A stretch of DNA of 64,000 bases from the NCBI GenBank assembly GCA_964521295.1, contig CAZFRF010000001.1, positions 705,016 to 769,015 on the forward strand. Reading direction: 5' to 3'. Position numbers and translations under genes: made by a program. Each line of letters starts with the position of its first letter. Position 1 is the first letter of the stretch. The stretch is from an uncultured Gammaproteobacteria bacterium. GTDB lineage: Bacteria > Patescibacteriota > Microgenomatia > Levybacterales > UBA12049. This document shows positions 1 to 9,604 of the stretch, piece by piece. Below the pieces are notes generated by a model. That model searched no databases. It had not been told where the DNA came from and saw only the letters and a list, made by a program, of their open reading frames with translations.

Positions 1-1657
1 GATTCATTTCAGAATTAAGAAACACAGCACTTGCAGCAGCACTTTTTGAAAAATCAATATCAAAGTTACTGTCTCTTAAGTACCAATTAACTGAGGGCAA
101 ATACCTTCTAACTGCAAATGGTGGCTCAACATGTGTTTTTAATTGCCCGTCCGCATCGTATACATCATAAATTTTAAACTCCTTAACTTTTCCGCTATCT
201 AGTTTTAATATTCCATATGAGCCTATAAATCCTCCGGTTGGTCTCAATTCCATGTTGTTCTGCAAAAGCACCATGTAGGTTTTGGGCTTATTAAAACCTA
301 GTATCTCTGGCCACAAGTCAACGGTTGTCGAACCAAGTTTTATTATTCCACCCAACTTTTCATCAATAGACTTTGGTATATTCCCATTCTCTTTTTGTTT
401 TTGATAAGTGATTAATGAGATTTTTAAATTTTGTAAGAGTTCTAGAAATTCTTCTTTATCATTTGCGCTTTTAGTAAACAAAGACTTCAACTTATCAACT
501 CCTGACAAAAGCGAAGCAGCAGAATTTGAAAGCTCAATTCCCTGATCCAGCTTGTCTGACACTTGCTCCACTTCAGACTCCTTCCCTATAATCCTTGCCT
601 CTTTTATTAAAAGCGTTGTTGAAAGCTTGGCATAGCTCAAAAATTGACTAGCCATAACAGCATCGTTTTTTGCATAATTTAACTTTTGATATTGAATATT
701 TGTTTTTAGATTTTGCAAACTATATAACCCAAGTGCGGAAAAAAGTGCAGTAGACAACAACGGAATTAAAATAAAAAAACCCATGATAAGTATTGTTGCT
801 GAAAATAAATACTTTAATTTAAAATCATACACAACCCCCTTTTGCTCCCTCACTCTCCTAATTTCAGTTATTACATTTGATGACAAATCTAATTTTTTAA
901 TTTTACTTGCTAAATCATATTCATCTCCAAACAGATATTCTCCTTCTGGCAATATATTTTTACTTATTTTTATTTTTTTTGCCTTTATAAAATCTATTTT
1001 TATATCGGGATTTTGCTTTTGAAATATATGCGCTAAGGTTAATAATGTGGGCCGATTTTTTGGCATCAACCAATAATAATTATTACTATCATTTTCTACG
1101 AATCCTATCTGCAAAATACCATCTACAGCATCGTCAATAAAAACAGGTTCCGTTTGCCTTGTCCCGTCTCCCTCTACCTCTATTTGTCGATTGGTTTTTA
1201 TTTGCTTAATAAATTTATTTATATCCGTAGTAGAATCAAAAAGAATATCTTTGCTAAAAATGTCCCCTACTACAATTAGTTTTGCATTTTTGTAAAATGA
1301 AATATACTTTCTAACAAATTTTTCGTCTATACAATACTTATTTGTAACTAATATCAAACGCGAGGCATCATGCTCGGCCTTATCCAAAAAAGAGCCAATA
1401 AAACTATTGGAAATTTTGCCATACTCGTCAATTACAAAGATATGGGAATAAGAATTATCAGGAATTGTAGGAACAGACTTTATAAAAGGTACGTGGACAA
1501 CATTATCCAGATCAATTTTTTTAGAACTAACAAAAATTACTAAAGCCTGTTTATTTAGAAGTAATGCTAATTTTTCTCCCAATTCCCCAACCTTATCTAC
1601 TATTAAAATTGGCAAATCTTGTTTTTTTGATAAAAAAGTACTGGCAGAAATACTCAC
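1..1657 (-). CDS. DUF4012 domain membrane protein, partial (runs off the window)
   Basis: Not in the ORF track. Minus-strand frame from GTG 1657; the distal part reads YMVLLQNNMELRPTGGFIGSYG and DVYDADGQLKTHVEPP...WYLRDSNF, typical DUF4012 motifs. TACAAT lies 6 nt upstream of the GTG. Confidence 0.8.
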   Translation of the reverse strand, partial: MSISASTFLSKKQDLPILIVDKVGELGEKLALLLNKQALVIFVSSKKIDLDNVVHVPFIKSVPTIPDNSYSHIFVIDEYGKISNSFIGSFLDKAEHDASRLILVTNKYCIDEKFVRKYISFYKNAKLIVVGDIFSKDILFDSTTDINKFIKQIKTNRQIEVEGDGTRQTEPVFIDDAVDGILQIGFVENDSNNYYWLMPKNRPTLLTLAHIFQKQNPDIKIDFIKAKKIKISKNILPEGEYLFGDEYDLASKIKKLDLSSNVITEIRRVREQKGVVYDFKLKYLFSATILIMGFFILIPLLSTALFSALGLYSLQNLKTNIQYQKLNYAKNDAVMASQFLSYAKLSTTLLIKEARIIGKESEVEQVSDKLDQGIELSNSAASLLSGVDKLKSLFTKSANDKEEFLELLQNLKISLITYQKQKENGNIPKSIDEKLGGIIKLGSTTVDLWPEILGFNKPKTYMVLLQNNMELRPTGGFIGSYGILKLDSGKVKEFKIYDVYDADGQLKTHVEPPFAVRRYLPSVNWYLRDSNFDIDFSKSAAASAVFLNSEMN

Positions 1658-1675
1658 ATAAATATTGTAATTTTT

Positions 1676-2098
1676 CTAAATTACATTGTCCAGCGCGAGG
1701 TTAACAAGACGATCAGCTTTTTTGTTATTTTCCCTTGGCACATGCGCATAATTGACTTTTAAGCCAAGTTCTTTTTCCTTTGCTTTTATTTGTAATAATA
1801 TTTCCCTTAATTTCAAATTTTTAACTCTATATAATCCGATAAGCTGAGAATACGCTAACTGTGAATCCATAAAAAAATAAATTTCAGCTCCAGGACCCAG
1901 ATTTACTACGTTACTCAAAAGCCAGTCAAAAGCTTCAAGTATCGCTGAGTACTCAGCGATATTATTGGTGGTTATTCCAAGCCTCTTACCGATTCCAGCA
2001 AGCGTTTTTCCAGATTCGTCCTCAATATGAACTCCCAAAGCGCTTGGACCTGGATTTCCGCGTGATCCCCCATCCGTATAAATATAAACTTTATTCAT
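1676..2098 (-). CDS. rnhA: Ribonuclease HI family protein
   Basis: TDGGSRGNPGP, TNNIAEY, MDSQL and HVPRENNKKAD motifs. Confidence 0.9.
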   Translation of the reverse strand: MNKVYIYTDGGSRGNPGPSALGVHIEDESGKTLAGIGKRLGITTNNIAEYSAILEAFDWLLSNVVNLGPGAEIYFFMDSQLAYSQLIGLYRVKNLKLREILLQIKAKEKELGLKVNYAHVPRENNKKADRLVNLALDNVI

Positions 2099-3314
2099 TA
2101 AAATATTTTCTTTCCTGTATCAATTTAATAAAAAGCAAACTCAAGACTATTCCCTCTGACAACACTGTAATTATAGCTGATCCCATGTAGGAAAATACAG
2201 GGATATAGATAATATTTAAAACTATATTCACGATCAAAGATAGACCGTAAATATATAACAAATATTTTTGTTTTTCCAAAGCAATTAATACCCACTGCAA
2301 AAAACTGGATAAGAAAAAAAGCGGCAAAGATAAAAGTAAAACCTTAAACGGAAGTGAACTTTCCAAAAACTCTGGCTTAATTAAACTAAACAACGGAGTC
2401 GCAAACCAGAATGGAACTATTAATAGCATTGAGGACAATAAAAATACAAACATATATTTCTTGACAAAATTCATAAACATAAGTTTGTTACTCCTGTAGG
2501 CTAACAAATGAGGATAAATCGAATTGGATAAAAACAATGGAATAGCAATTAAAAAATCAAAAAACTTATACGCCAGGCCATAAACCCCCACCGCACTCGA
2601 ATCAGACAACACTGACAATAAAACCGTATCAATTCTAAAATAAATAAAATTAAAAACCAACATTAATCCAAGTGGTATGGCGGAAAAAATTTCCTGCTTG
2701 TATGCTTTTATATTTAAAGTTATTTTTAGTTTTTCTTCTTTTATGAACAGGAAGAATAATAAGCTACTGATTATTCCTCCGAATAAAAATGCAATGAAAA
2801 CGTAAAAAAGAGAAAAATTTAAGAATGCAAATGTGAAAACTAGTATTAGATTAACCAATGCTCCCCCTACTACTCCTAGAAGATAATGGAGATAACTAAG
2901 TTTCTTTTGAAAGTAATACCCCGCGCTATACAAAACACTTTGTGCAAAAAAAGAAAACGAATATATAAAGATGGCCATCTTTAATGTTAATGAAAATCCC
3001 TTACCCAACTCACCATCATAGGGTAAAAATAAAACAGAAAGATTACAAATCAAAAACAAGACAAGTGCAAAAATTAACCTTACTGACAAAATATCCTTAA
3101 ACTGTTTCGCATTGTCTTTTAAAAAGACTGCATTCAAACCGAAGTCTACAAACAAATAAAAAACAGATACAAAGGCTGTGACCTTTGTAAAGTCTCCATA
3201 ACCTAATACGCCAAACTCTCTTGCTATAATTAGAGTTATTAAAAATCCTACAAATGAGGTTATTAGTCTTGCAAGTGCCTGATAGAAAGTGTTAGTAAAT
3301 ATAAGCCTATGCAT
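2091..3314 (-). CDS. Oligosaccharide flippase (Wzx / Polysacc_synt family)
   Basis: About 12 hydrophobic segments, DFGL and IYFRIDTVLLS...VGVYGLAY motifs. Confidence 0.8.
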   Translation of the reverse strand: MHRLIFTNTFYQALARLITSFVGFLITLIIAREFGVLGYGDFTKVTAFVSVFYLFVDFGLNAVFLKDNAKQFKDILSVRLIFALVLFLICNLSVLFLPYDGELGKGFSLTLKMAIFIYSFSFFAQSVLYSAGYYFQKKLSYLHYLLGVVGGALVNLILVFTFAFLNFSLFYVFIAFLFGGIISSLLFFLFIKEEKLKITLNIKAYKQEIFSAIPLGLMLVFNFIYFRIDTVLLSVLSDSSAVGVYGLAYKFFDFLIAIPLFLSNSIYPHLLAYRSNKLMFMNFVKKYMFVFLLSSMLLIVPFWFATPLFSLIKPEFLESSLPFKVLLLSLPLFFLSSFLQWVLIALEKQKYLLYIYGLSLIVNIVLNIIYIPVFSYMGSAIITVLSEGIVLSLLFIKLIQERKYFNE

Positions 3315-3331
3315 GCTTTTATAATAACAGA

Positions 3332-4657
3332 TTATCCTTCGTCTGACATTATGATCGCAACTGCTAACACAAAGAGGAGTTGTCCTTGTTGAAGAGTTAA
3401 TAAATAGTGATCAAAACTGCCTAATACAATAAGTGAAATAATGAGCATTAGAAAGTAAATATTTTTAGCATTACTAATCACTTTTTTAAAAAGAAAAATA
3501 AAAGCTGCAAATCCAACAATACCTGTTTCAGCTAAAATTAAAAGAAAAATATTATGAACCGGCTGCAATTGTCCGGGAGACAAAAAAGCTTTCCCTAAGT
3601 TAGGAATAAAATTTCCCAGACCTACTCCAAACACTGGGCTTTTAAAAAACATCTCAAGCGCTTCTTTTACAAAAAGGGTTCTTTGCAATATTGATTCATC
3701 AGTTAACCTGATGCCTAAAAATCTTTGAATAAATAAATTATTATTTTCAAAAATAAAATAAACAAGAGCTAGAGAAAGCCCGGCCATTAAGGCATAAATC
3801 AAATACCTAGGATTTGATTTACCTTTCTTATATTTTTCGAAAATCGTAATGCAAAAGAATATCGCAATACTGATTAGAAAAACCAATATACCCACACGCG
3901 ATAAGGAGACAAAGATTCCTATGGCGGCAAATAAAATAACTATAATATTTATCTTCTTAACTGAGCGCTGTAAGAAAAACAAATAAAACACAACAACTAT
4001 GTTTAAATATCCTGCCAAAACATTGGGGTGGGAAAATGTTGCATAGGGCCTGAGGACTAATGCTCCATTTATCGATGCGTTTGCGACTCCCGGCGTCTGA
4101 CCATTAAAAACTCTTTCTCCTAATATATAAAATATGCCTTGAAAAGATCCTTGATTTAAATACTGAAAAATTGCAAGTAAAGACTCAGATACAACCCCCA
4201 CACCAAAGCATGTTGCCAAAACCCGCTTACTTAAACTCTTGAAATTAATTACCGCAAAAAAACCTAAGTAACTAAATTCGATGAATTTTATTAAAATATA
4301 TAATCCAGCCTGATAATTTATTGACGCAAAAACTCCAACTAGTAAAAATAGCAAAAGAAGTAAATATAAAAACAAATTTTTTTTATATTTATTAAGGAGT
4401 ATGTGCAGAATATTTTTAAAGCTGAAAAGAAAAATTCCTAAAATTAAAATGTCGGTAAAATAAAAAGTAGGGGAGAGATAATCGATTCTTAATCCTTTTA
4501 CAAAAGAGAAGTCCATAAAAAAATGCTTGCCAAATTGTGTTGGTAAAAAAAGAACTAAGAGGTAAAAAAGAAGTCGAGAAACCTTATCTTGGTCTAATAA
4601 CCAAAACCCTGTCTCTACCTTCGCCGTTAGATTCTGAAACAACTTCTTTATCATCAA
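3332..4657 (-). CDS. O-antigen ligase family membrane protein
   Basis: RPYATFSHPNVLAGY, SLSR, FGVGLGNF and PVHNIFLLILAETG motifs. Start uncertain; overlaps the jag 3' end. Confidence 0.8.
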   Translation of the reverse strand: MMIKKLFQNLTAKVETGFWLLDQDKVSRLLFYLLVLFLPTQFGKHFFMDFSFVKGLRIDYLSPTFYFTDILILGIFLFSFKNILHILLNKYKKNLFLYLLLLLFLLVGVFASINYQAGLYILIKFIEFSYLGFFAVINFKSLSKRVLATCFGVGVVSESLLAIFQYLNQGSFQGIFYILGERVFNGQTPGVANASINGALVLRPYATFSHPNVLAGYLNIVVVFYLFFLQRSVKKINIIVILFAAIGIFVSLSRVGILVFLISIAIFFCITIFEKYKKGKSNPRYLIYALMAGLSLALVYFIFENNNLFIQRFLGIRLTDESILQRTLFVKEALEMFFKSPVFGVGLGNFIPNLGKAFLSPGQLQPVHNIFLLILAETGIVGFAAFIFLFKKVISNAKNIYFLMLIISLIVLGSFDHYLLTLQQGQLLFVLAVAIIMSDEG

Positions 4658-5012
4658 CTAGTAACATATGTATAACTCTTCTCTCCCAAGCTTTCAAGTC
4701 AGAAAGCACAACCTCTCTTTGTTGAGAAATTGCTTTTTCCTTAGAAGATGCAGCAAGATTATTTAGCCAATCTTCACGATTCTTTTTATAGTCTCCAACC
4801 TCAATTGACACTCTCTTAAAAACACCGTTGCTTTTAGCAAGCATAAGAGAAAGCACAAGCTGCAAAGCCTCTAGGGTTTCCCCATGATATCCAATAATCA
4901 TTCCACTATCTTCTGTTTCTAATACCAAGCTAATTTCTTCCTCGGTCTCAGAAAGATCAAAATTAGTATCGATTCCTAAGTTAACAAAAAATTCTTTTAT
5001 TTGTTTTTCCAT
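4584..5012 (-). CDS. jag: Jag/EloR KH + R3H RNA-binding protein
   Basis: IIGYHGETLEALQ (KH), ERRVIH (R3H), position after yidC. Confidence 0.9.
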   Translation of the reverse strand: MEKQIKEFFVNLGIDTNFDLSETEEEISLVLETEDSGMIIGYHGETLEALQLVLSLMLAKSNGVFKRVSIEVGDYKKNREDWLNNLAASSKEKAISQQREVVLSDLKAWERRVIHMLLVDDKEVVSESNGEGRDRVLVIRPR

Positions 5013-5794
5013 TTTTTAATCCAATCCTCAAGGCCACCTAGCCCTGAAATTTTGTATTGCTGTATGATACCAAAAATCGTGAAAGTATTCCAGTATAAAG
5101 ATAAACCGATAGGGAAGTTATAAGACAAGAATCCAATCATTACAGGGAAAATATAAAGAGACTGTGTTTGGAATGCAGTTGCAAAATCATCTGGCTTTTT
5201 CTTCTCTTTGGGATCTTTCTTAACACCTGCTGGCATCATCATCTTTGACTGAATAAACTGGAAAACGCCTGTTAAGATTGGTATTAACAAAGCAACTCCT
5301 CCTAGTTGAGCAGGTGTCCCAGCCAAAGAAAGTCCAAAAAAATTAGTGTCCCATGGTTTTGTTAATCTGAGAGAGTCTGAATAAAGAACATGATTAATTT
5401 GTGTTGTTGAATATTTAACTATATCCTGCAAAACACCATACAAAGCCCAAATTAATGGTAGCTGCAAAAGAATAGGTAAACAGCCTGCGGCTGGATTTAT
5501 TCCAAATTCTTTATAAAGCTTCATTGTTTCTGCTTGCAATGTTTTTGCATCGCCCTTATGTTTTTCTTTTAACTTGGCAATATGAGGGGCAACTTCCTGC
5601 ATTTTTTTAGATGCTTTTAATTGAGATGCTGTAAGAGGATATAAAACAATTCTAATAAAAATTGTTAAAACTATTATTGAAAAACCAAGTGCAAAGGGAA
5701 CATGTAGGAAAAAGAGGGCGTGATAAATTAATACCAAGATATTTAGTATTGGGTGAGATAAAAATAAAAAATTTGATATGGTTGCTTCTGTCAT
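4997..5794 (-). CDS. yidC: Membrane protein insertase YidC
   Basis: GINPAAGCLPILLQLP and GLSLYW motifs, conserved rpmH operon context. Confidence 0.95.
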   Translation of the reverse strand: MTEATISNFLFLSHPILNILVLIYHALFFLHVPFALGFSIIVLTIFIRIVLYPLTASQLKASKKMQEVAPHIAKLKEKHKGDAKTLQAETMKLYKEFGINPAAGCLPILLQLPLIWALYGVLQDIVKYSTTQINHVLYSDSLRLTKPWDTNFFGLSLAGTPAQLGGVALLIPILTGVFQFIQSKMMMPAGVKKDPKEKKKPDDFATAFQTQSLYIFPVMIGFLSYNFPIGLSLYWNTFTIFGIIQQYKISGLGGLEDWIKKWKNK

Positions 5795-6006
5795 ACTGCT
5801 TTATTATAAAATGGCTGGCATTTTAATAATCTTATTAACGAAAGGTACCCGCCATAGATTATACCTTTTTCTTGAATTTTTTGCTTTGCGTATTCTGAGC
5901 AGGTGGGCGAGAACCTACAGATCTCATTTTGTCCAAAGACTTGCTTTAACAAATTTGAAAAAAGCGCCTGATATATGTTTATTAAAAAAACTGCAATTTT
6001 TTTCAT
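5791..6006 (-). CDS. yidD: Membrane protein insertion efficiency factor YidD
   Basis: CRFSPTCSEYA...RLLKCQPF. Confidence 0.93.
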   Translation of the reverse strand: MKKIAVFLINIYQALFSNLLKQVFGQNEICRFSPTCSEYAKQKIQEKGIIYGGYLSLIRLLKCQPFYNKAV

Positions 6007-6326
6007 TTCAAAAGCTTTAATTTTATAAATCCTTCTTCCAAAATTTTGTCAAGCTCCTGTTCCTTTTCCAGAATCTGGGCCCTTGCGACTATTACCACTT
6101 TGGATCCTTGATTAAAATTAGGCAGCATCTCTTCGACAAATCTTGCCATTTTCCTTTTAAGCCTATTTCTAACCACCGCTCTTTTATCTATCTTTTTAGA
6201 AATAATAAAACCAAACTTTGAATCTCCTGTTGCTTGGGTAGAGCTAATAGTCAAAAAAGGGGAGCTATATATTCTTGCTCCCGCTTCCTTTTTAAAACTT
6301 ACAAGACGACTAGATTTTTTTAACAT
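6003..6326 (-). CDS. rnpA: Ribonuclease P protein component
   Basis: FGFIISKKIDKRAVVRNRLKR (RNR motif). Confidence 0.93.
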   Translation of the reverse strand: MLKKSSRLVSFKKEAGARIYSSPFLTISSTQATGDSKFGFIISKKIDKRAVVRNRLKRKMARFVEEMLPNFNQGSKVVIVARAQILEKEQELDKILEEGFIKLKLLK

Positions 6327-6329
6327 TTA

Positions 6330-6464
6330 TTAAACCGTTAAGCTTAGTCTGCCTTTTTTCCTTCGATTTTTTAAGGTTTTTCTTCCGTCATTAGACTTGG
6401 ATCTTTTTAAGAATCCGTGTGTTCTTGCTCTTTTGCCTTTTTTAAGAGTTCTAAATTTTTCCAT
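6330..6464 (-). CDS. rpmH: 50S ribosomal protein L34
   Basis: Translated by hand: MEKFRTLKKGKRARTHGFLKRSKSNDGRKTLKNRRKKGRLSLTV; divergent from dnaA. Confidence 0.93.
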   Translation of the reverse strand: MEKFRTLKKGKRARTHGFLKRSKSNDGRKTLKNRRKKGRLSLTV

Positions 6465-6541
6465 TAAAGGTAATTATAGCAAAAACTGCTTAAATATTAA
6501 AGGTATTTTAAAAACGATCTAGTTTTATCTACTTATTCATC

Positions 6542-6571
6542 TTGACAAAAAGTTATCCACATTATTAAACT
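6542..6571 (+). promoter_or_regulatory. dnaA sigma70 promoter containing a perfect DnaA box
   Basis: TTGACA 6542-6547, TTATCCACA 6553-6561, TAAACT 6566-6571, ATG 6581. Confidence 0.75.
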
Positions 6572-6580
6572 GCCACTACT

Positions 6581-7939
6581 ATGGATCTTAACCAAATTTG
6601 GAAAACTGTGCTCTCAGAAATCGAAATTGAAATTTCAAAAGCCAATTTTTTAACACTTTTTAAATCAACCTCGCTTTTATCTCTTGATGACAACGTCGCA
6701 ACAGTTGCGGCGCCATCCGTGATGATTATTGATCTTTTACAGAGAAAGTTCTATGGAATAATTAAAGCCTCGCTCGATAAACACACGGGAAAAGATGTAA
6801 AAATTACCTTTGTTCCTAAAGCTGCTGTGAACATTATCAAAACAGAGGAGGGGACAGACACTTTGTTCTCTACGCAATCGGCTGATAAACCAAAACAAAC
6901 AGTTGGTCATCTCCCTAGAGTCAGAGCGGATTATACTTTTGAAAACATGGCCGTTTCTTCAAGCAACCAACTCGCTTTTGTTTCAGCCACAACCGTTGCT
7001 AAAAACCCCGGAACAACCTATAACCCTCTTTTTATCTACGGCCCTGTAGGAGTAGGAAAAACTCATTTAATGCATGCCATTGCAAACGAGGTTTATGTCA
7101 ATAACCCACAAAGTAAAATCGCATATATTACCAGCGAGGAATTTACGAATGACGTAGTAGAGGCAATCAGGGGCAACAGCACAGCAAGCATGAAAAGAAG
7201 ATTTAGAGAACTTGATCTTTTAATCATCGATGATATTCAATTTGTCGCAGGCAAAGAAAGGGTTCAAGAGGAGCTTTTCCACACTTTCAACGCCCTGGTC
7301 GATCAAGGTGCACAAATCGTTTTATCCTCAGACAGACCACCTTCGGAGATAAAACAGGTAGAAAAAAGGCTTTTATCCAGATTCTCAGGGGGACTTACTG
7401 TTGATGTTGAATCCCCAGATTTTGAACTAAGAACCGCAATCCTTTTAATAAAAGCAAAAAAATATGGCGTTGGACTATCCATTGAACTAGCCAAGTTAAT
7501 TGCGCAAAAATCTCAAGACGCCCGAGGAATTGAGGGACTCTTATTAAGAATAATGACACAGGCTCAAGCTGAGGGAGAGAACAATATTACAGAAAATGCT
7601 GTTTACTCTGTACTCGCCATCTCAAAAGAAGAAAAGCCTGCTAATCAGCATCCCGATGAAATCATTGAGGGCGTTTGCTCCTTCTACAATGTCAAATTAA
7701 CTCAAATAAAAAGCGCCAAAAGAGACGCTTTCCTTGTAAGACCTAGGCAGGTGGCAATGTTTCTATTAAAGAAAAAGCTTAACCTAACCTTCGTTGAAAT
7801 TGGCAACCTTTTGGGCGGCAGAGATCATACCACGGTTATGCACGGTGTGGAAAAAGTGGAAAAAATGTTGGAAAGTGCACAAATCTCGGAGGATATCTTG
7901 GGGATTGCTAATCTACCAATGGGGAAAACTGTAAATTAA
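6581..7939 (+). CDS. dnaA: Chromosomal replication initiator DnaA
   Basis: YNPLFIYGPVGVGKTHL, LLIIDDIQF, GGRDHTTVMHG. Confidence 0.99.
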   Translation: MDLNQIWKTVLSEIEIEISKANFLTLFKSTSLLSLDDNVATVAAPSVMIIDLLQRKFYGIIKASLDKHTGKDVKITFVPKAAVNIIKTEEGTDTLFSTQSADKPKQTVGHLPRVRADYTFENMAVSSSNQLAFVSATTVAKNPGTTYNPLFIYGPVGVGKTHLMHAIANEVYVNNPQSKIAYITSEEFTNDVVEAIRGNSTASMKRRFRELDLLIIDDIQFVAGKERVQEELFHTFNALVDQGAQIVLSSDRPPSEIKQVEKRLLSRFSGGLTVDVESPDFELRTAILLIKAKKYGVGLSIELAKLIAQKSQDARGIEGLLLRIMTQAQAEGENNITENAVYSVLAISKEEKPANQHPDEIIEGVCSFYNVKLTQIKSAKRDAFLVRPRQVAMFLLKKKLNLTFVEIGNLLGGRDHTTVMHGVEKVEKMLESAQISEDILGIANLPMGKTVN

Positions 7940-8065
7940 AAGCAGCATGGGTTTATCAACAATTTGTCCACATTTTTATCCACTCCTTTTCAACAAAAAT
8001 TTAGGCACGGCTCCTTGCTTTTTTCCACTTTTCCATATACACTACAACAACTACAAAAATATATT
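7846..8065. other. Probable oriC (DnaA box cluster plus DnaA-trio-like tract)
   Basis: DnaA-box-like 9-mers at 7846, 7855, 7920 (reverse) and 7953, 7964, 7976, 7987, 8021, 8029; then ACTACAACAACTACA at 8041-8055 and an AT-rich stretch. By eye, the + strand shifts from C/A-rich to G/T-rich around here. Confidence 0.8.
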
Positions 8066-9169
8066 ATGTTAGTTTCCGTTCTTTCTGAAAACCTTTCCAA
8101 AAAAATTTCTTTTTTAAACCATGCAATCTCTTCCAGAGCTCAACTCCCTATACTCTCTAATTTTCTAATTGAGGCAAAAGACAATAAATTGGTACTTAGT
8201 GCAACCGATCTAGAGATAGGAATAATCGTAAGTTTTGCGGCAAATGTTGAGAAAGAGGGAAGCGCTGTTATTCCAGCGAGGAACTTCTTGGATTTAGTCA
8301 CAAATATTGGAAATAAAAAAATTACTTTAGAATTAATAGACGGTGTGGTTAAGTTAAAAGGGGATAAGGTTAAGGCATCTTTTCCAACCGTTCCTGCAGA
8401 AGACTTCCCAAAGATATATGAATCTAAGGGTAGCCATTTTCTAAAACTTAGCAAAAAAGACATTGAGACATTCTTTCTAAGAACAGCTTTTTCAGTTTCT
8501 GTTGATTCTTCAAGGGTTTCTTTAACAGGGCTTTTGCTGGAAGCTCAGAAGGAGGGTTTAGTCTTGGTGTCGACTGATCAGTATAGGTTGTCTATGCAAA
8601 AAACACCGTTAACGGCTAAGGAAGAGCTTGAGAAGCCTATTATAGTTCCGGGTAGAGTAATAAAAGAAGTCATGTCAATGAAAGATGATGGAGATGTTGA
8701 TTTTTATATAGCTAAAGACAGTAATCAGATAACTGTTTCCCAAGAAGACGTAATTTTAGTTGGTAGAATAATTGATGAAGATTTCCCTCCATACGGGAAA
8801 ATAATTCCGGCAGAACTGGCAACAAAAACAGAGTTTAATAGAGAAGAGCTTTTAAATGCGGTTAAGATCTGTTCTGTTTTCGCAAGAGAGACGGCAAATG
8901 TAGTAAAGATGTCATTAGAAAAAGATAAAATTATTGTTTCAGCAAACACTCCGGCAGCAGGGGAAGATAGCGTAGAGGTTGATGCTAAAACAACCGGAGA
9001 AGCTAACGAAATTGCTTTTAACGCCAAATATTTGATTGACGTATTGTCTGTTCTAGTTGAGGACGATTTAACCTTCGAGATGAACGGTCCATTGAATTCA
9101 GGAGTTTTTCGAATCGTAAAAGATACTACTTATCTTCATTTAATAATGCCTATTAAGATTCAAGAATAG
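8066..9169 (+). CDS. dnaN: DNA polymerase III beta sliding clamp
   Basis: LPILSNFLI, ATDLE, STDQYRL, IAFNAKYL, HLIMP. ATG 8066 preferred because the longer ORF runs through oriC. Confidence 0.97.
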   Translation: MLVSVLSENLSKKISFLNHAISSRAQLPILSNFLIEAKDNKLVLSATDLEIGIIVSFAANVEKEGSAVIPARNFLDLVTNIGNKKITLELIDGVVKLKGDKVKASFPTVPAEDFPKIYESKGSHFLKLSKKDIETFFLRTAFSVSVDSSRVSLTGLLLEAQKEGLVLVSTDQYRLSMQKTPLTAKEELEKPIIVPGRVIKEVMSMKDDGDVDFYIAKDSNQITVSQEDVILVGRIIDEDFPPYGKIIPAELATKTEFNREELLNAVKICSVFARETANVVKMSLEKDKIIVSANTPAAGEDSVEVDAKTTGEANEIAFNAKYLIDVLSVLVEDDLTFEMNGPLNSGVFRIVKDTTYLHLIMPIKIQE

Positions 9170-9604
9170 TTATTTTGAAGAGATTGATAGGTTTTGCAAG
9201 TCTTCTTTTGTTAGATCAAGAGGCTTTAAGAAGGTTTCAAGGTCGCCATCTGCTTGCTGAGGATTGCTAGCATCAAGAGTAAGGTTAAAACTGTCTGTTT
9301 CATATTCATAACTTAGCTCAAAAAATACCCCTTTATGCGGCAATTTTAGCAGAAGACTTCCCAGGTTTCTTTCTTTTTTTGTTTCTTCTACTTCTTGGTT
9401 GGTAAAGTCAACAGAGCTATTTTGATTTGGGACGCTGTTAGGGTTTGTTTGAATCTCTACGCTGGTTGGGGTAGGGAGCGAGGGGTTTTTTGACAAAATA
9501 GGATTATTTGACTGCGAGTTAAAGAATATTAATATCATTAATATTAAATAGACAATTACAATAGTCGAAGCGATAATTAAGAATTTTTTGTTAATATTTA
9601 TCAT
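9170..9604 (-). CDS. Hypothetical single-TM protein, last gene of the T4SS-like operon
   Basis: N-terminal TM helix, Pro/Asn linker, ATGA overlap with the upstream gene. Confidence 0.7.
   Translation of the reverse strand: MININKKFLIIASTIVIVYLILMILIFFNSQSNNPILSKNPSLPTPTSVEIQTNPNSVPNQNSSVDFTNQEVEETKKERNLGSLLLKLPHKGVFFELSYEYETDSFNLTLDASNPQQADGDLETFLKPLDLTKEDLQNLSISSK

Noticed and set aside
783-1022. 79 aa plus-strand ORF
   Set aside because: Antisense shadow of the DUF4012 gene
7964-8065. 34 aa N-terminal extension of DnaN
   Set aside because: Runs through the DnaA boxes; the clamp sequence begins at ATG 8066
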